Source: Octopus bimaculoides
Lineage: Eukaryota
Direction: 5' to 3'
NCBI RefSeq assembly: GCF_001194135.2
Contig: NC_068997.1
Coordinates: forward strand, 35,515,610 to 35,579,609
Length of the DNA stretch: 64,000 nucleotides
The notes under the pieces: generated by a model
The model's input: the letters and a program-made list of their open reading frames with translations, nothing else
What the model was told of the DNA's origin: nothing
The model's database searches: none
Made by a program: the position numbers and the translations under genes
Shown: positions 61,863-64,000 of the stretch, piece by piece
Numbering within the stretch: position 1 is the stretch's first letter
How the letters are laid out: every line of letters begins with the position of its first letter

Positions 61863-62570
61863 ACTTGGATGAGGACAGCTGTGTAAAAAAGTGTCACACC
61901 CTAGCAGTAGAGGGAACCTGTAGAAGAGGTAGACCCAGGAAGACCTGGGATGAGGTGATGAAGCACGACCTTCAAACATTGGACCTCACCGATGACAAGT
62001 GACCGAGACCTTTGGAGATACACTGTGCTTGAGAAGACCCAGCAAGCCAAGTGAGACCATAACCTTGGCCTATGCCAGTGCAGCATAACCAGCCCATTTA
62101 AGAGTACTTTTCAAATCGTTGGGCAATAAACTGTGCTTGTGAAGACCTGTTGAGGCAAGTGAAATTGTTGTCATGGCTGATGACAGTATCACCTGATTGG
62201 CACCCGTGCCATTGGCATGTTAAAAGCACCATTCATGCATGATTGTTGCCAGCGCTGCTTGACTGGCTCCCCATACCGGTGACATGTAAAAAGCACCATC
62301 TGAACGTGGTGATTGCCAGCCCCCTGACCTGACTGGCTCCTGTGCTGGTAGCATGTAGAAAGCACCATCTGATTGTGGTCGATGTCAGTACTGCCTGACT
62401 GGCTCCTGTACCAGTGGCATGTAAAAAGCACCATTTGTGCTTGATCGTTGCCAGTGTCATCTGACTGGCTCCTGGGCTAGTGGCACGTAAAAAAACACCA
62501 TTCAAGCATGGTCGTTGCCAGTGATGCCTGACTGGTTCCTATGTCAGTAGCACATAAAAAGCACCATGTA
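61863..62570 (+). mobile_element. RTE C-terminal fragment plus six-unit 3' UTR hairpin array (terminal tail absent)
   Basis: DEDSCVKKCHTLAVEGTCRRGRPRKTW, then ~62 nt units gccag..actggctcc.gtgcc..ggcac.taaaaagcacc at 62180-62570. Confidence 0.85.
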
Positions 62571-62614
62571 TATAGTTATATATATAATTATATGTATATG
62601 TGTATATATATATT

Positions 62615-63626
62615 TGTAGTGAAATCTCTCTCTTGGGTATTTATTTACGAATGATAATGTAGCAGCTAACATCTAGCCTTCGGCTGCCTTGGACCGCTGT
62701 GTCCACCACCCTGATTGGCTCATGTTAGCACGGCATTTGTCTCCAGTTCTGTTTCACACAAGGGTGCATACCGACCAATCGTGGCCTTCTAATAAGGTCA
62801 CGTGAGAGAATGTTTTCTGTCTGTTTTCTAGAGCCTCCCTTTTATCTATAAATAAGCCTGCTTCATCCACGCCAGTTTGTCGCAACCTCAGACCTTTTTA
62901 GGTCTAGTCGTAGACCAGACACAGAACACAGCTCCAGCCAGTTTCCAGCGACGACGTCAACACCACCAATCTACTGTCTACTACAATGTCGTCGCCAGCG
63001 CCAACACCACCACCAGAGTACACACTAACAACAACAACCACGGTTTCATCTCAACACTGTTTGAGTGGATGGTTTCCACCATGAAGTTAACAGCCAGAAC
63101 AACCTGCAAGAATCTTCTGTACCAAGTAACCGGTCTCCAGCATCGACACTCAACTTCACACACAACATGTGACACCACAGCTCTGCTCTTCGCTCACAAT
63201 TTCTTGTATGAACATTCTACCTACTGTGAAACTCTTCTATGAACTGGTATTTCTCTATCTAAGTGTTCCGACGCTTATCGTCACAGTTACAGACACTTAT
63301 TCTATGCTTTGTATTCCACATTCACATACATACACATATTATTGTNNNNNNNNNNCTTATACGACGGTCCGTCATACATATTGTGTTACTTATATTGCCA
63401 CATGCACGCACATACAGACACACAGTTCACTATGTTAATAAACCTACTCTTTATATATATCTAACGGTTGTCTGTCACTCTCTCTTTCCTTGCTGGCACT
63501 TGCTCACATCTCACATTGCGAGCCTTCATAAGTCATATCATGTTTTGTGTCGACCGTGTGACGCATGAAAAGGAGTTTCTTCCGTTCGTCACCATCTCCT
63601 TTGGTTCGCACAGTCGTTCTTTTACA
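62615..63626 (+). mobile_element. Solo LTR (~1.0 kb), TG...CA termini, 4 bp TSD TATT
   Basis: Starts tgtag at 62615 and ends ttaca at 63626, with TATT at 62611-62614 and 63627-63630. Contains CCAAT boxes, CACGTG, TATAAATA and AATAAA. A 4 bp TSD is typical of Ty3/gypsy. Confidence 0.75.
62710..62855 (+). promoter_or_regulatory. Putative LTR U3 promoter (two CCAAT, E-box, TATA)
   Basis: ctgattggct, gaccaatcg, gtcacgtgag and tctataaataag occur in promoter order. Confidence 0.45.
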
Positions 63627-64000
63627 TATTTATATATATCTATATGTGTATATATATATATGTATATGTGTGTATATATATATGTATATATANNNNNNNN
63701 NNACATTCTACCTACTGTGAAACTCTTCTATGAACTGGTATTTCTCTATCTAAGTGTTCCGACGCTTATCGTCACAGTTACAGACACTTATTCTATGCTT
63801 TGTATTCCACATTCACATACATACACATATTATTGTACTCACACATATTGTACACACACTCTTGCTTATACGACGGTCCGTCATACATATTGTGTTACTT
63901 ATATTGCCACATGCACGCACATACAGACACACAGTTCACTATGTTAATAAACCTACTCTTTATATATATCTAACGGTTGTCTGTCACTCTCTCTTTCCTT

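Noticed and set aside
62180-62570. CRISPR-like array
   Set aside because: The units are whole degenerate tandem repeats without unique spacers, within a eukaryotic LINE 3' UTR, and there are no cas genes.
63203-64000. Tandem duplication inside or after the solo LTR (63703-64000 repeats 63203-63490)
   Set aside because: It is essentially identical sequence beside a 10-N gap, most likely overlapping contig ends. The same applies to 8450-8895, 37670-37815 and 50560-50640.

Overview
AT-rich, microsatellite-laden eukaryotic DNA from a gappy draft assembly (about 16 N-gaps). The SINE, RTE and Penelope repertoire strongly suggests an octopus genome; this is an inference from repeat recognition, not from a search. 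Almost the whole window is transposable-element debris. It contains several RTE LINEs (two near full length), a CR1-group LINE, three mariners, a Tc1, a maT/DD37D-type element split by nested insertions, a pogo-family relic, a Chapaev3-like relic, a Helitron-like element, one solo LTR with a target-site duplication (TSD) plus two related LTR-like repeats, many tRNA-derived SINEs and many Penelope-like element (PLE) fragments. The only convincing host coding sequence is a terminal exon at 3977-4159 resembling the CENP-N/Chl4 C-terminus. The most notable signal is a dense set of about a dozen PLE-type hammerhead ribozyme (HHR) motifs. Several lie in inverted-repeat modules, two of those modules enclose Pol III tRNA-headed SINE sequence on the ribozyme strand, and some have non-canonical cores or very long stem II inserts. 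RTE elements also carry ordered double-hairpin arrays in the 3' UTR and tandem 0.5-0.6 kb monomers upstream of the ORF. No CRISPR, rRNA or genuine tRNA gene was seen. All structures were folded by eye and need computational and biochemical confirmation.
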